A stretch of DNA of 64,000 nucleotides, taken from NCBI GenBank assembly GCA_951406725.2, contig OX597828.1:73780001-73844000 (forward strand). Reading direction: 5' to 3'. Positions 62,140 to 64,000 of this stretch are shown here, piece after piece (the stretch's first letter is position 1; every line of letters begins with the position of its first letter). Both the position numbers and the translations under genes were made by a program. This stretch comes from Octopus vulgaris. Taxonomy: Eukaryota. The notes beneath the pieces are model-generated. The model ran no database searches, was not told where the DNA came from, and saw only the letters and a list, made by a program, of their open reading frames with translations.

Positions 62140-62995
62140 TCAGGTGAAGGCCGGTTTATGTGATTACCTTGGGTTTCCCGTCCATAAAGGGATTAACTTT
62201 ATGGCATATCTTCACACCCCAAGACCCCTTGGCCTATGACCTCTTTAACATATGTAGGAGAAAGTCTGGATTATCTCCTTTTGCTAATGGTTATCGACTT
62301 TCGACTTTACTTCATCGATTAGTTATGTGGTTAAACCACGAGGGATGATTTCCCTTTCCGGTTGGCCATCAACTTCCGGTGGTTTTCAAAGGCCATCAGA
62401 AATCTCCTAAAAGGCAAACATCGCCCGAAAATCTCCGTTCCGGAAATAAGCATAGCCCCTGACTCAAATGAGACCCTTAGGATTCTCGTGTGTTCAGCTA
62501 TACATAGCTTGCAGCGTTTCGTCCTGTTAATGTAGGGGCCTGGGCTTTCGAGGATTTTCCATGAGATTGAGACTTCGAATGAGGATCCATAGTTGGAAAA
62601 ACGTTTCTTGAATGAATTTTCGATACAAACAATCTATTTCCGTGGACGCGCGACGTAGGTGGTCCACCTATTATTGTCTTGTTGCCACTACTGATGCTGT
62701 TGTTGTTCTGGCTATTGTTGATGTAGCTGGTCTTTCGGGAACGCCGAAATTTGACGGCTGAATGGGGAGAGAGAGATCTAATCCCCTGTTGCTGACCTTC
62801 ATATAAGCTGATCGATAGCAGTACGGCAGAAAGTGGATAGCCATGAGCAAAGGGAGATAATCCAGATTTTTCCCCTCCATATTTAAAAGAGGATATAGGC
62901 CAAGGGGTCTTGGGGTGTGAAGATACACTATAAAGTTAATCCCTTCATGGACGGCAAACCCAGAGTAACCCCATAAACCGGCCTTCACCAGAAAA
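62140..62995 (-). mobile_element. Penelope-like element 3' part: decayed GIY-YIG endonuclease (~62331-62640) between inverted ~190-bp pseudo-LTR copies
   Basis: Minus frame K*IVCIENSFKKRFSNYGSSF/EVSISWKIL..PY...KRCKLCIAE...EIFGRC; 62143-62330 inverted relative to 62800-62989. Confidence 0.8.
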
Positions 62996-63077
62996 AATAT
63001 AGACTGTTCTACTTCGTCTCTGCATCTATGATTTTCTAAATACGATATACATATGTATATATATATATGTATATATA

Positions 63078-63422
63078 CTTTATTTAAAGCAGCAGAAAAT
63101 TCAACAAAACCTGTTACTCTGAGTTTCCCATTGCCGTTCGTCGGACAGTTTTTGTTAGAATGGAACCGATATGTGAATTCTATCCAGACTACATGAATTC
63201 TATCCAGACTATATGAATTCTATCCAGACTATAGTCTGGATAGAATTAGAATTCACATATCGGTTCCATTCTAGCAAAAACTGTCCGACGGACAGCAATG
63301 GGAAACTCAGAGTAACAGGTTTTGTTGAATTTTCTACCGCTTTAAACAAAGCACATTACTCTACCACTGGTATTTGAGTACTCTTTTTTCTACCTTGTTT
63401 CACATTTATGTGTTTACTCCGG
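63078..63422 (+). mobile_element. Fold-back element in (TA)n with variant hammerheads in both arms
   Basis: Arms 63078-63180 / 63249-63352; palindromic apex 63216-63247; unique tail to 63422. Confidence 0.88.
63111..63148 (-). ncRNA. Putative minimal variant hammerhead (CCGACGA core); sister copy at 63281-63318 (+)
   Basis: ctgt CCGACGA acggcaatgg GAAA ctc-a-gag TA acag; GUA triplet; helix II barely paired. Confidence 0.55.
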
Positions 63423-63454
63423 TATATATATATGTATATATATATATATATATA

Positions 63455-63690
63455 ATAATAAATATTAGGGAATAAATCCAAATTTACAGGGAAAAAATCA
63501 GATTTAGGATTAAATCCAATTTTATAGTAAAATATTATAAAATATTATTAGAGACAAAACCACTATTTTGCAAAACAAACAAGGAAAGACTTAATCAATA
63601 CATAAAATTTTAATAAATAGTCAAAAAAACCGCCACTACAATTGTTTCTTGTCTTGATCGACAATCTTCAGGTGGACTTCCAATCTAAAA
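63455..63690 (-). mobile_element. PLE-type pseudo-LTR element with a hammerhead (upstream boundary uncertain)
   Basis: Homologous to 43270-43437; ends in (TA)n. Confidence 0.75.
63633..63675 (-). ncRNA. Type I hammerhead ribozyme, canonical core
   Basis: ccac CTGAAGA ttgtc-gatcaa-gacaa GAAA caattg TA gtgg; perfect helices I and II; palindromic helix III acaattgt; GUA triplet. Confidence 0.9.
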
Positions 63691-64000
63691 TATCAATATT
63701 TTAAAATATAAAAATAATAATTTTAAAATAATTAAAGTATGAATGAAAAAATATAAATATATAATCCATATATAACCTATATATAATCCATATATAATCA
63801 ATATATAAACAATATATAAACTAAAATAAACCTATCAACAATTAAGTATAAAATATAAAATATAAAATATAAAATATAAAACAAAACAAAAAAATAATAA
63901 TAATATAATAATAAACTATATATACACCCATACACATATAACTAATTATATATAACCATATCTAACTACATACACTAAATCACACACCTATATATATATA

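Noticed and set aside
63174-63233. Short regularly spaced repeats resembling a CRISPR array
   Set aside because: No unique spacers, eukaryotic context and no cas genes

Overview
Eukaryotic, AT-rich, very microsatellite-dense intergenic or intronic DNA. No host protein-coding exon is recognisable, and nearly all ORFs in the track are simple-repeat artefacts. The repeat landscape resembles an octopus/cephalopod genome (inference). The window contains many copies of tRNA-type SINEs and a near full-length but disrupted R4/Dong-type RT plus restriction-like-endonuclease LINE in (AAT)n. It also holds RTE, CR1 and Tx1/L1-like fragments, mariner/Tc1 relics, MITEs, Helitrons, and decayed Penelope-like (PLE) RT and GIY-YIG sequences. 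The most interesting signal is a set of short non-coding elements in (TA)n tracts that form fold-back (inverted) repeats and carry type I hammerhead ribozyme motifs with palindromic helix III. Two motifs have canonical cores (47550-47612 +, 63633-63675 -), and there are CCGANGA core variants and several relics. One element is a 572-bp-period partial tandem with a 5' inversion (retrozyme or mini-PLE-like). Several fold-back arms differ mainly by transitions. All alignments and folds were done by eye.
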